Shown one piece after another: positions 24,613-37,224 of a stretch of 64,000 nt of DNA. Source of the stretch: Octopus sinensis (lineage: Eukaryota); contig NC_043004.1 in the NCBI RefSeq assembly GCF_006345805.1, positions 97,898,001-97,962,000 on the forward strand, given 5' to 3'. The notes beneath the pieces were generated by a model. It was not told where the DNA came from. It ran no database searches and saw nothing but the letters and a program-made list of their open reading frames with translations. A program made the position numbers and the translations under genes. The stretch's first letter is position 1. Every line of letters begins with the position of its first letter.

Positions 24613-24659
24613 CATGAGTTGGAGGGTAATCGCATGAGTTGGAGGGTAATCGCATGAGT
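24613..24659. repeat. 20-bp tandem duplication (2.3 copies)
   Basis: CATGAGTTGGAGGGTAATCG twice, then CATGAGT. Confidence 0.9.
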
Positions 24660-24744
24660 AGTGCAGAGGCGGCATCTGCCAGCCGATAGGGAATCACCAA
24701 CAAAAGGTGGATTCAGTGATGCACTGTTACAGAACATACCACTA

Positions 24745-24767
24745 TGCTGCTGCTGCTGCTGCTGCTA

Positions 24768-24804
<37 letters not shown>

Positions 24805-24826
24805 GATGCTGCTGCTGCTGATGCTG

Positions 24827-24873
<47 letters not shown>
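24745..24873. repeat. (GCT)n/(ACT)n compound trinucleotide repeat
   Basis: Direct reading. Confidence 0.95.
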
Positions 24874-24874
<1 letters not shown>

Positions 24875-26116
24875 AATTTTACTGGCCAAACATTATTCAT
24901 AACTCTTTCTCAATATGTAACTGATCACAATGAGTTTGAATAGGGTATAATATGCTGATGAAACCCAATAAGATCAAAACATGACTATAGCTAACTATCA
25001 TTTACAAACGAATATCAGATTTCTTCCTAATCAGGTAAATTAATTCTGAGAAATTGATTCTGATATACGGATGTTTGACTTTTTTCTAATTAAATGGCAA
25101 ATTTCACTTAATTGAGAAATATGTACATATGTCGTTCAGTACATAACACTTTAATTTGGTAGACTGAAAGTCTACGGAAGCAGGGTTTAATTTACTAAAA
25201 GTTCCACTGACTTTTATTCATGGAAGTAACTGAGATAACAGTTCACATATTTATAATTCCAGCAGCAGAATCTTGTGGAAGTCCATCCACTGTAAGGTGG
25301 CAGAATCATGAAAGCATCAGCAATATATTTATGGTATTTCTTTTTGATCTTTGCATTCAGAGTTCAAATCCTACCAAGGCTGATGTTAATAAGTAGTCCC
25401 TATCCCATTAAAATTACTAGTCATGTACTTAAATTAGAAATCATTATACGTGAAAATAGTTCAATCATAAGTGGTTACGAAACATGGGATGTAATTCACA
25501 TATGAATATTTTGTATCAGTTAATGTAATTAATAATATTTTCCCCTTGGCATGCAAATTAACTTTGAGAGTTAAGTGCTTAATTTCTTGAAATTATCTCC
25601 CCTGTTATTTGAGACTCACTTATAATTACAGTTAGGTTTTTGGTTTTGTTTCTTTAACTAAGACGCAGCAAATCTCAGTTAATTGAGAATTTTATAATAT
25701 CATTTAATGCAGACAATAAATGTTGCCATCATGGTGCAACGGCTAATTCCTTCTGGAGCTCAAGTAAGGGACCATCAGATTAACAGCATTATATGTTATA
25801 TTCTGAAGATTTATCATTTGGAATCCTGAGCTGATTAAAAGAATACCAAAAATTACATTAATGTAGAAACATGTTATTACTATTGATTTGAAGGGATGGG
25901 TGTTTACAAAAATATTAGATTGATGGATTTCCTCAGGAATAATATTTTCAGTTGCTACAAGTATGATGTCCATTATGGTATATTTCCTATTAACATTGAC
26001 CAACGATCTCCAAGAAGTGACACTTTTACAAATTATTTAACATTTTGCTCTCTACGTAATTTGCAAGTTTTCATTAATCAGCCAATTCCATGTTAAAAAT
26101 CAATTCAATCAAATTA

Positions 26117-26334
26117 TGAGGGGATGCTTAAAAGTTTCTGGCTTTGGCTAAAAGAGAATAAAAGAGGAGCAGCTAATTATGATTTTACCCAACATATTCC
26201 CCGCTCTGATTTACACAGTTATTGCGGTACTTCTTCAGTTTTACTAAATCCTGTCAAAGAAATCAGAAGGTTGGGCTTCCATCCAAGCCTTTCAGGATAA
26301 CCTTAAAGCTAGGAACTTTTCAGCACCCCCTCGT
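26117..26334. mobile_element. Tc1/mariner-type MITE with about 30-bp TIRs and TA target duplication
   Basis: TA|TGAGGGGATGCTTAAAAGTTTCTGGCTTT ... AAAGCTAGGAACTTTTTCAGCACCCCCTCG|TA. Confidence 0.75.
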
Positions 26335-26353
26335 ACATAGCTAAAACTGTGAA

Positions 26354-26761
26354 ATGTCTGGTGATAAAAACCGCATGGTTCTTGGTCTCAAGAATTTGTC
26401 TTATGAAGAAAGGCTGAAGACGCTCGACCTTTATTCTCTCGAAAAACGACGACGCCGTGGTGATCTCATTCTTGCTCACAACATCATAAGCGGAAAGTGT
26501 AACCTCTCGAAAGAGCTGTTCTTAACTCCTACTCCAGAGCGTCGGCTGCGGGGTCATTCCGAAAAGCTCTATCTGCGACGATTTCATCTCAATCGAAGGA
26601 GAGGGGCTTTCTTCGTCCGGGTTGCGGGTCCGTGGAATAAGTTACCGGACGAGATGGTGAAGATGCCGACGACCTCTGGGTTCAAAGTCTCCCTTGACCA
26701 CAAATGGCCTGAACTCTACATGAACACCACCCTGTACATAACTCCATGTCCCCCTACATGA
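26354..26761 (+). pseudogene. CR1 ORF2 C-terminal fragment
   Basis: Canonical SYEERL..L.L.SLE.RR.RGDLI and WN.LP motifs. Confidence 0.85.
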
Positions 26762-26805
26762 CCTTGCTTTTTGCTTTTTGTGCCAAAATTAACAAACTAA
26801 CTAAA
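26371..26805 (+). mobile_element. CR1-clade LINE 3' fragment
   Basis: ORF 26354-26761: LSYEERLKTLDLYSLEKRRRRGDLI...RGHSEKL...VRVAGPWNKLP; (CTAA)n-like tail. Confidence 0.85.
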
Positions 26806-26916
26806 ATCCTCCATAATCAAAGATGTGTTTGTGGCAAATGCCTCTGGCTGAAGGATCTAATCTGGAATAAGTTGCTGTACACCAACCAGCGCAAATAAAC
26901 TCACAACCCCCAAAAT
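26802..26916 (-). CDS. Weak candidate host exon (DFGGCEFICAGWCTATYSRLDPSARGICHKHIFDYGGF)
   Basis: Acceptor CTAGTTTCAG, open phase-1 frame, possible GTTAGT donor; no recognised homology. Confidence 0.18.
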
Positions 26917-26983
26917 CTGAAACTAGATTGATAAGTGCAAATGTTCAAAACACTTGACCCTTGATTCATCCTGTATTTCTGAC

Positions 26984-27395
26984 AATATTCTTTTCTACTC
27001 AAGGCACAAGGTCTGAAATGTCTGGGGAGGAGGCTAGTCGATTAGATTGACCCCAGTATGCAACTGGTATTTAATTTAAGGCGGCGAGCTGGCAGAAACG
27101 TTAGCACGCCGGGCGAAATGCTCAGCGGTATTTCGTCTGTCGCTATGTTCTGAGTTCAAATTCTGCCGAGGTCGACTTTGCCTTTCATCCTTTCGGGGTC
27201 GATAAATTAAGTACCAGTTACGCACTGGGGTCGATATAATCGACTTAATCCGTTTGTCTGTCTTTGTTTGTCCCCTCTGTGTTTAGCCCCTTGTTGGTAG
27301 TAAAGAAATAGGTATTTAATTTATCAACTCCAAAGGATGAAAAGCAAAGTCCACTTCGGTGGAATTTGAACTCAGAAGGTAAAGACAAACGAGAT
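26984..27395 (-). mobile_element. Older SINE-B variant (alternative tail) split by a younger antisense SINE-B
   Basis: The pieces 26984-27065 and 27324-27395 join into one minus-strand copy once the insertion and TSD are removed. Confidence 0.75.
27079..27310 (+). mobile_element. SINE family B, full length, nested, with 13-bp TSD
   Basis: TSD GGTATTTAATTTA at 27066-27078 and 27311-27323. Confidence 0.9.
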
Positions 27396-27710
27396 ATAAC
27401 CCATAACTAGAATCAGACTCAGTCATACTCATTAGGAAAATTGGTGAGCTTCGGATTGCAGAGTAAGTGCTGAAGGAGCTTTTCCAGATTTCCAGGAGAT
27501 GAACTGAATACTATCAACCAACAAACAACTTGTCTGTTTTACCCTGCCTAATACTCCACGTTTGTGGTACCTATTTCTAGCTAAGTTACCTTGGCTGAAG
27601 ACAGTTAAGTATTATGGCCTCAGATGAAATATAATGCAGGTGATATAAGAACCATTAATCACTTGATTAGTTTCTGCATACTCTATTTACTCAGCCAGTC
27701 ATACTCTTAC

Positions 27711-27817
27711 CAAATAGAAGAAATATGATGAATAGTACCAATATATCCGTCTGTTCCTGATGGGAACAGTGGTGAGCTTCGTATGGAGTTGTCAGCTGAT
27801 TCCTGCGTAAAGATTTT
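27711..27817 (-). CDS. Candidate host exon ending in a hydrophobic stretch (..QEQTDILVLFIIFLLF)
   Basis: Acceptor CCCTTTCGTTACCAG and donor TTG|GTAAGA; two open frames; no recognised homology. Confidence 0.28.
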
Positions 27818-27991
27818 CTGGTAACGAAAGGGTGGTTTTATATATAGAATCAGAGAATAGTAAAACTGATGCGTATCAAATTTATATTCCCCTTCATTTT
27901 ATATATCTATCAATTTATATATGTGAATCACTGCCTCTCTTTCAGTCTATTTATTATTCTGTCTGCATGCCTACATTTCTGTGTATCTAAA

Positions 27992-28127
<136 letters not shown>

Positions 28128-29444
28128 AGGATGCGTCCCGATGGTCAGACGATCCATTTGCTGTCAACACCCGTTTAAAGGAGGGCTGGGCATGCCGTGG
28201 TTGATGATGCGCAGACACTCGCTGAGACTGCGACATCTCCGGCTCTATGTAGACGACGGTGAACAGGTGTGGTCGCCGTTTGTGAGGCACGCATTCCCGC
28301 AACTCGTCTCCATGACCGAACTACAGTCGTGGCTCAAAAGAGGCCGAGGAAGGGCGAATGGCACCGCGCGAGTGTCGCGTTGCTCTCAAGCAACTCTGCC
28401 GTCCCGGGTCGACCTTGAGTGACTTCAACACAACCAAAGCATTCTATAGGGGATTAGTGGAGGAGAGGTACGACGACGATCTCGGGGCAAACCTGGGCGT
28501 CGACGAGGAATACCTGACCCGCCTGTTTCAAACAACTTTCGGCCCGGGACCTATGGACAACTTCCAGAGATCCCTGGCCTGGCGGTGCTACCGAGAAGCG
28601 CTACCCGTTCGGGATAAGCTCTATAGGCATGGCTCGAGAAACACGGGGCCGACCTGCCCGAGATGCGGGCAGAGCGACGAAACCGCTCTGCACGCAATCG
28701 TGCAGTGTCCAGCAATTTCCGACCTGTGGGCTTATGTCGAACGACTGCTGTCACGTGTGGGACGTGTCGGTTTATCAGCCGAGTCTATCGTTAATATCGT
28801 CACGCCTCCTTCCTTCAAACGGAAGGAAGAGCTATTTTTATCATACTTGTGGCTATGGCGAAAGAATGTATCTGGTGGACGCGCCTGAAAGGATTAGAGA
28901 CAAACACTTTCCTCTCTGGTCAATCTCTCATCAACTTCTTAAAGTATCACTTGAGGAGGAAAGTGAGAGTACAGAGGCAAGTTTTGTCTAGTGAATGTTT
29001 TAAAAAAAGATGGGTGAATGTAGCAAGGATGGCACGTATGAATGACGAAGCCACCTTGACTATGATTCTATGAAACGTAAAATTTAATACAGAGAGTTGC
29101 TTATTTGCAAAAAAAAAAAGAAATATAACATGTGACTTCATTGACCGAGGTTACCGTGGTCTTTTCCGTAGGCTTTTCTTTCCACGGGTAAACCTCACCT
29201 GTCCTCCCCTTTACACTTCATATTGACATTTCTGTGATAACGATCCCTATTGATCAATTTTTTTTCCTCTCCCCCTGTTTTTTAAACCCCTCCCTTTTTT
29301 GTCCTCTTTCTTTCCTTTTACGATCCCTTTTGATCGCCCCCCCTTTTTTTCTTTTTTCTTTCTTTTTTTTTTACCCCCAAAAGAAAAGCTCTACCTTGTA
29401 ATTTGTTCTATCTGTGTGCAGCCCTGTGTGGCTAATAAAGAAAC
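28128..29444 (+). mobile_element. Tx1/L1-clade LINE, 5'-truncated, with 3' UTR
   Basis: Frameshifted ORF2 end with GGLGMP, LPVRDKL and the CPRC-x5-ET-x2-H-x4-C knuckle; ends GCTAATAAAGAAAC. Confidence 0.85.
28141..29073 (+). pseudogene. Tx1-like ORF2 C-terminal region (three frameshifted pieces)
   Basis: ORF-track pieces 28141-28422, 28358-28888 and 28849-29073 join into one protein. Confidence 0.8.
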
Positions 29445-29765
<321 letters not shown>

Positions 29766-29950
29766 TGAGTATTCATCTGACTTTCAGCCTTATGTATTTG
29801 CAGATCATTATTTCATTAGAATGTTTTGATAGAATAATTTTTTCCAATTAAATGATATTATTTGACAATTTATTTGAAATTTTCTTGCGCATCAAAGAAT
29901 CTCACCTGCCATCCTTTTAGAAATTAATTCTGCATTTATCACCTTCCCTA

Positions 29951-30080
29951 TTGCTTGACAACCAGGCTTTGGTTGGCCCAAGGTTATAGTAGAAGACACT
30001 TACCCAAACTGACATGCAGTGGGACTCAACCTAGAGCTATATCTTTGGGAAGCAAGTTTCTTACCAAACAGTCACGTCTG
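29951..30080 (-). mobile_element. SINE family A, degenerate head with internal deletion
   Basis: GCTTGACAACC joined to GGCTTTGGTTGGCCC...GCAGTGGGACTCAACC. Confidence 0.6.
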
Positions 30081-30310
30081 CATTCTACGCAGACATACAT
30101 CATAATAATCATCATTGTAGTAACGTCCACTATTCCATCCTCACATACATTGGACAGAATTTAGTTCAGGTGGATTCCTTACAACTATTCTTGTTGCCAA
30201 CCGTTTCCTATTTCCAAGTGAGGTAATACTTCAGAATGAAGGAGTCCATTTTCACGACACAGACATTTATTTCAAAGTATGCATATATATATATATATAT
30301 ATAATATATA

Positions 30311-30357
<47 letters not shown>

Positions 30358-30394
30358 CATATATGTACATACCTACATATATATGTATATATAC

Positions 30395-30790
30395 ATGCAT
30401 ATATGGGTACAGGACGTCAAAAAAACGTGAACAAAATGAGAAACGGGATCATAAAAAACAATAACGTGGAAAACGATCTTTTCTTTCGAACAACGAAAGA
30501 AATAAATAGAGAAACGAGATAGGCAACATAAAGAACATTCCCTTCATCAGTTGTTCCCTGTTTTATCTACTCCGCCTTTCGAACGTAGCGACAAGACGCG
30601 ACTTCGTTAAAACAGTCATTCCCGCAAAGCAAATTTTAAAAAATTGGGATATTCAGAGGATTAACGTGGTGACAAAAACAGGACTGTAAGAGCAAAACAG
30701 TAAAATCAAGTGGTAAGGGTTGCCAAGCCATAACGAGGTAAAGTGGGGGAACGCTGGAGAGACGAGCTTTGAAAAGAGACAATCAAAAAC
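30395..30790. repeat. Interspersed repeat family E, copy 2
   Basis: Same start and TCATCAG...TTTCG module as copies 1 and 3. Confidence 0.6.
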
Positions 30791-30822
30791 ACGTCTTCTC
30801 TCTCTCTCTCTCCCTCTCTCTC

Positions 30823-30885
<63 letters not shown>

Positions 30886-31250
30886 GACACAAGCCTCATA
30901 TATATGTATATGTATATATATACTTTTTGACACAAGTGTCATGTGCGCGCGCGTGTGTATGTATGATGTCTATGTGCATGTATAAATGAATGGATTTATA
31001 GTGTTAAGGGATTCTATATGTATGAAATGTGTTAATGTTTTGGAAATACATCAATTCTAGTGAATATAAATAAGTTTAGGAAATTGGGAAAATTAGACTG
31101 ACAGAATGGCAAAGAAGCTACACAAAATCTCGGTATACCAGAGGGAATGGAATTGGCATGACTTTTGTAAAATCAGAGAAAAATTGGACATGTATTGCAA
31201 GTCTTGGATTCATAAGTATTGACCAAATGTGTTTGTCTATATTTTATATA

Positions 31251-31297
<47 letters not shown>

Positions 31298-31830
31298 TTA
31301 AATATATATATATATAATGCATATATATATATATATATTATATATATATATGCATATATCGAAGGAGATACATAGATACATACATGCATACATATATGTA
31401 TATGCACAAAAACCTAAGTACCTATATATATACATTTGTATATGTCTGTATCAATTTATCTACCTATCTCTCTATTTCTCCCTCTCCCCCCCGCTCTCCC
31501 CTCTTCCGCCGCTCTTCTCCCCTCTCTATATATATATAGGCCCGTGCGTAAGCATGCAAACATACAACAAATGTCTATACCTATTTACAGGCATCCATCC
31601 ATCCATCCAAAAGTGAAACAGCCATAAATATCCTGGTCATCGACATATATACACATAACTGAACATGTACATACATAGAAGAAGAATTATTTAGTTGTAT
31701 GAGATACTTCGACTTTTGTTGGCTCAAGTATTATTATAGAACAATAAGTATCCGTCTTTCTCTCAAACTCACCAATATACATACATACACAACACAACAC
31801 ACACACACATATTTATATATATATACATAC

Positions 31831-31877
<47 letters not shown>

Positions 31878-31903
31878 ATAATAATATATATATACATACG
31901 TAC

Positions 31904-31961
<58 letters not shown>

Positions 31962-31967
31962 ATAATA

Positions 31968-32192
31968 GGCGAGCTGGCAGAATCGTTAGCACGCCGGGCG
32001 AAATGAGTAGCCGTATTTTGTCTGCCGTTACGTTCTGGGTCAAATTCCGCCGAGGTCGACTTTGCCATTCATCCTTTCGGGGTCGATAAATTAAGTACCA
32101 GTTACGCACTGGGGTCGAGTATCGACTCAATCCATTTGTCTGTCCTTGCTTGTCCTCTCTGTGTTTAGCTCTTTGTGGGTAGTAAAGAAATA
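31968..32192 (+). mobile_element. SINE family B, full length, within (TA)n
   Basis: GGCGAGCTGGCAGAATCGTTAGC head through GTAAAGAAATA tail. Confidence 0.9.
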
Positions 32193-32250
32193 TATATATA
32201 TACATATATTATATAGAGAGAGAGAGATAGATAGATATATATATACATTG

Positions 32251-32347
<97 letters not shown>

Positions 32348-32520
32348 CAGTGCAGGAGTGGCTGTGTGGTAGGGCAGCTTACTTCCCAATCACAAGGTTC
32401 CAGGTTCAGTCCCACAGCGTGGCATCTTGGGCAAAGGCCTTCTACTATAACCCTGGGCCGAGCAAAGCTTGTGGGTGGATTTGGTAGACAGAAACTCATA
32501 AAGCCTATCGTATATATATA

Positions 32521-32855
32521 AGGTAAGACCCCTTCGGTCTGAATGACCATGGGATTGCACCTAGAAAGTTACCCTCCTAGACACAAGTCCGGGCAAGGTT
32601 GTTTATGGAAGACCAGCAGTCGCCCATGCATACCAGCCTCCCCTCTCCACGCCACCAGTGTTATCCAAGGGAAGACAAAGTCGATACAGCTTGGCACCAG
32701 TGACGTCGCAACTCATTTCTACAGCTGAGTGAACTGGAGCAACGTGAAATAAGTGCCTTGCTCAAGAACACAACACGCAGCCCGGTCCGGGATTCGAGCT
32801 CACAACCTCACGATCGTAAGCTCGACGCTCTAACCACTGAGCTATGCGCCTTCAC
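32521..32855 (-). mobile_element. SINE family D, full length
   Basis: Head GTGAAGGCGCATAGCTCAGTGGTTAGAGCG...CTCGAATCCCGG, then TGTTCTTGAGCAAGGCACTT (CORE-like); (TA)n on both sides. Confidence 0.85.
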
Positions 32856-33004
32856 TATATATATATATATACATATATATTAATATATATATATATACAT
32901 ATATATTATATACATATATATATATATACATATATATTAATAAATAAAATAAACATATGCATATATATATAAATACATATGTACGTACCTACCTCTACAT
33001 GTAC

Positions 33005-33360
33005 ATATACACGCATATATGAGTACAGGACACCAAAAAGACGTGGAACACAATGAGAAACGAAAACATGGACACAAACCAAAGGAACTGACATTTTTTT
33101 AAACAACAAAAAAATAGAGTACAGGACAATTAACACAAAGAAAAAACCCCTTCTTCAATCGCTACGGTTTCATCTACTCTACGTTTCGAAGGTGAAAGCG
33201 AGACGTATCTTCGACAAGAAACTTTCTTCCTGCGAAAAGCAATCAATTAAAATTCTGAGATCTTTCGCAGAGGGGTAAAAAATGGAAACAAAAACAGGAC
33301 AGTAACGACAGTACAAATTATAAACAGTAAAAGACAGGACAAGGAAAAACAAGATAAGGA
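33005..33360. repeat. Interspersed repeat family E, copy 3
   Basis: GAGTACAGGACACC start shared with copy 1. Confidence 0.6.
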
Positions 33361-33642
33361 GGGATATATATATATGTGTGTGTGTATGTTTGTGTGTCTG
33401 TGTCTGTCACCCTCGACCCTGTGTTTGTTATCGCTTGATAACCAATGCTGGGACGTTTACATCCTCGTAACTTAACAGTTCGGCAAAAGAGACTGAAAGA
33501 ATAAGTACTAGGCTTAAAGAGAATAAGTCCTGGAGTCGATTGGCTCGACTAAAGGTGGTGCTCCAGCATGGCCGCAGTCAAATTAGTGAAACAAGTAAAA
33601 GAATAAAACAATAAAAGAATAAAGGTGCAGTGCAGGGAAGTA

Positions 33643-33960
33643 CACTGTTTGTCTGTGTAGTAAGAAGCTTACTTCCCAATCACATGGTTCTGGGTTCAGT
33701 CCCACTGCGTGGCAGCTTGGGCAAGTGTCTTCTACTATAGGCTCGGGTCGGCCAAAGCCTTGTGAATGGATTTGTTTGACAGAAACTGAAAGAAGCCTCT
33801 CATATGTATATTTGTGTGTGTGTGAGTGTGTGTGTGTGTGTGTGTGTGGTGTTGTGTGTTGTGTATGTGTGTGAGTAAGTCCTGGGGTCGAGTTGCTCGA
33901 CTAAAGCGAGTGCTCCAGCATGGCCGCAGCCAAATGCCTGAAACAAGAAAAATAATAAAA
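33643..33960 (+). mobile_element. SINE family A with internal deletion
   Basis: Head and tail are recognisable; the segment after the microsatellite is missing. Confidence 0.8.
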
Positions 33961-34401
33961 TAATACACACAAAAAATAAGTATACATGAATATATATATA
34001 TATTTGTGTGTAAACACACACACACAATACACACACACATGTACACACACGTCTATACAATACACAAAGTGACAGGATGAGGGAGATAGGGATGATGAGA
34101 GCGAAAATGTGAGAGAGAGGGAGAGAGTATGTGTGTGAATGTGGTGGGGTAGGGGTCTAATCTATGTATTAAAGCAATATATTAATGTATACCGTTTAGT
34201 AATAGTACATGTATGTCCATTTCTGTGTGTGTAACTTCAAAAACATTCCAGCTTTTTGTATAAATATTCTTGTATGCCAATACACATCTATGTATGTGAA
34301 TAAGCGTTCATAATGTTGTAGTGTAAGCGTGTATATTTGGACATTTACAAAAAGAAGCTACAATCATATATTTATGTGTGTGAGCGTGAGTGTGCATATA
34401 C

Positions 34402-34461
<60 letters not shown>

Positions 34462-34487
34462 GTATATGTATGTATTTCTATATGCAT

Positions 34488-34529
<42 letters not shown>

Positions 34530-34825
34530 TATATATATATATATATATAATATTATATATATATATATATATATTCATGTATGTGTATATATATATGTGA
34601 CCAGGTTTATTTATAACAGAGCACCCACTATTTCTGGAACAATTCCCAACCTTATTTATTCCCATAAAACAACTGTTGGAGCAAATCGTTTCCCCTTGGA
34701 ACCTTTGGTTCCTTTGAGTCTTAAAAGACCATGATAAAAGCAAAAAAATATATATATATTTAGACAATTTATAGAACCTCTCACCCTTTTCCTATTTCTC
34801 TCTGTCTTTTCTCCAGTCCCGTGCA

Positions 34826-34881
<56 letters not shown>

Positions 34882-35018
34882 ACACACATACATTCACACA
34901 CACACACACTCACACACACACACATGTACTTATGCACACATGCATACATACATCGGCTTCCATTCGCCCAGTCTCTCTCTCTCTCTCTTTCCCTACATAT
35001 ATATGCACATATATGTGT

Positions 35019-35088
<70 letters not shown>

Positions 35089-35717
35089 ATATATATATCC
35101 TGGTCTCAATAACATTTGACCTGTTATTTTCAAATTGCAATTAATAAATCAGAAACCGTGAGACAAGCTGTCATTTTGGCATGGTGCTTATCGTGGGTAG
35201 GGGCTGGAAGTTCCATGTGTTTGTGTGTGTATATATATATATATATATATGCCTTTTAATGTGTAAATGAAGATATTCATATATGTCTGGTGGGTTATTT
35301 TTTTTTATCTGTGTGTTTGTCTTAATATGTGACTCAATTTCTATGGCTGCATTAATATGTGTCTATTGGTGTTATTGATGACGGTGATAGTGGTAAAATC
35401 TCTGTGGCAGAGGTACCAGTTATTGTTGTTAGGTGATTATTGTTGTTGTGATGTGATGTGATGTGCTATATGTATATGGTCCGTGTTATGGCAGCAGGGT
35501 GGAGATGTCAAAATTGTAGGAAACCTAGAGTTTATTTTTGTTAGATTGGCAGTTCTTTCTGAGAAATCTTTTGGGTATATATTACATCAGAATACCACAA
35601 TTTTGGCTTTATGCAGTTTTTACTTATAAATGTATTTTTGTTTTCAGTGTATGTATGTGCCTACATCACATACATAGCTTGCACACGTACACACCAATAA
35701 AATATTCCCACACACAC

Positions 35718-35752
<35 letters not shown>

Positions 35753-35782
35753 TGTATGTATGTATGTATGTATGTATGTATG

Positions 35783-35826
<44 letters not shown>

Positions 35827-35926
35827 TACATATATATAAAAATGTATGTATGTATTTATACACATACACAAATATGTACACATATATTCTACTGTCTCTT
35901 TAAACAATTCACTGCAGTCCAAATAT

Positions 35927-36013
35927 AGTAGTAGTAGTAGTAGTAGTAGTAGCAGCAGCAGCAGCAGTAGCAGTAGTAGTAGTAGTAGTAGTAGTAGTAT
36001 AGTAGTAGTAGTT
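35927..36013. repeat. (AGT)/(AGC)n repeat
   Basis: Direct reading. Confidence 0.95.
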
Positions 36014-36268
36014 TTTTTATTGCTATTTAGTTCAGGTGTCAGCAGTAGTTTTGTGCACTTATGATCAGTATTTTCTATCTACGGTCAGGCATTTTGGAAG
36101 AGAGGATGAATGGGTATGTCATGAGTACGTATCTGATTTTATAGTTTACTCATTTAAGGTGGCAGACAGTGAATGTGAAAAATGTCATGAGGTTCTTTTT
36201 AGCAGGCCATGTAACAAGACACACACACCGTCGTTGATTACTATAGTACATACTTCCACCTACATATA

Positions 36269-36531
36269 TACTCTTTTACTTGTTTCAGTCATTTGACTGC
36301 GGCCATGCTGGAGCACCGCCTTTAATCGAGCAAATCGACCCCGGGACTTATTCTTTGTAAGCCCATTACTTATTCTATCGGTCTCTTTTGCCAAACCGCT
36401 AAGTCACGGGGACGTAAACACACCAGCATCGGTTGTCAAGCAATGCTAGGGGGACAAACACAGACACACAAACACATACACACACCAGCATCGGTTGTCA
36501 AGCACAGACAAACACAGACACACAAACACAT

Positions 36532-36588
<57 letters not shown>

Positions 36589-36754
36589 TACGACAGGCTT
36601 CTTTCAGTTTCCGTCTACCAAATCCACTCACAAGGCATTGGTCGGCCCGAGGCTATAGCAGAAGAGACTTGCCCAAGATGCCACGCAGTGGGACTGAACC
36701 CGGAAACATGTGACTGGTTAGCAAGCTACTTACCACACAGCCACTCCTGCGCCT
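36269..36754 (-). mobile_element. SINE family A with an internal duplication
   Basis: ACACCAGCATCGGTTGTCAAGCA occurs twice (about 36420 and 36482). Confidence 0.9.
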
Positions 36755-37224
36755 ATATACATGTAAATTTAGGCATAGTATTGTATGCATTAATTCTGCA
36801 ACATATGTTATATGTTATTTTGTCTTAACTTAGTTACAATGCAGAAAATATATTTGTATCGTATATTAAGATACAGTTAACAGATATTTTGATCTCTAGG
36901 AAGAAGGTAATTCGGTAGTTTGTTTTGTTATGCCCACCAAGATGAAAAGCAAAGATGACTGAGATGGGATTGGAACTCAGAACTTACTAGCATGCAACCA
37001 AATAGCACAAACTGTATTATTTAGAATTTCACTGTTTCTGTCACTCCTTTGGTATCATTGAAGGAAATTTTATTTTCTGAGACAATTACCAGAACTCAAC
37101 TCTTTCTAGTTGAGTCTACAAGGATATGGCAAATATTAACGTACACGACTTTTATTTAATCATCAATATTTTATGTGATTGTAATTAATTCTAGCTTGCT
37201 TAAAGCTTTGCACATACCAGCGAT

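Larger units (their letters stand above)
32350..33623 (+). mobile_element. SINE family A split at its internal microsatellite by nested insertions
   Basis: 5' half at 32350-32520 and 3' half at 33364-33623, separated by SINE-D and a family E copy. Confidence 0.75.
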
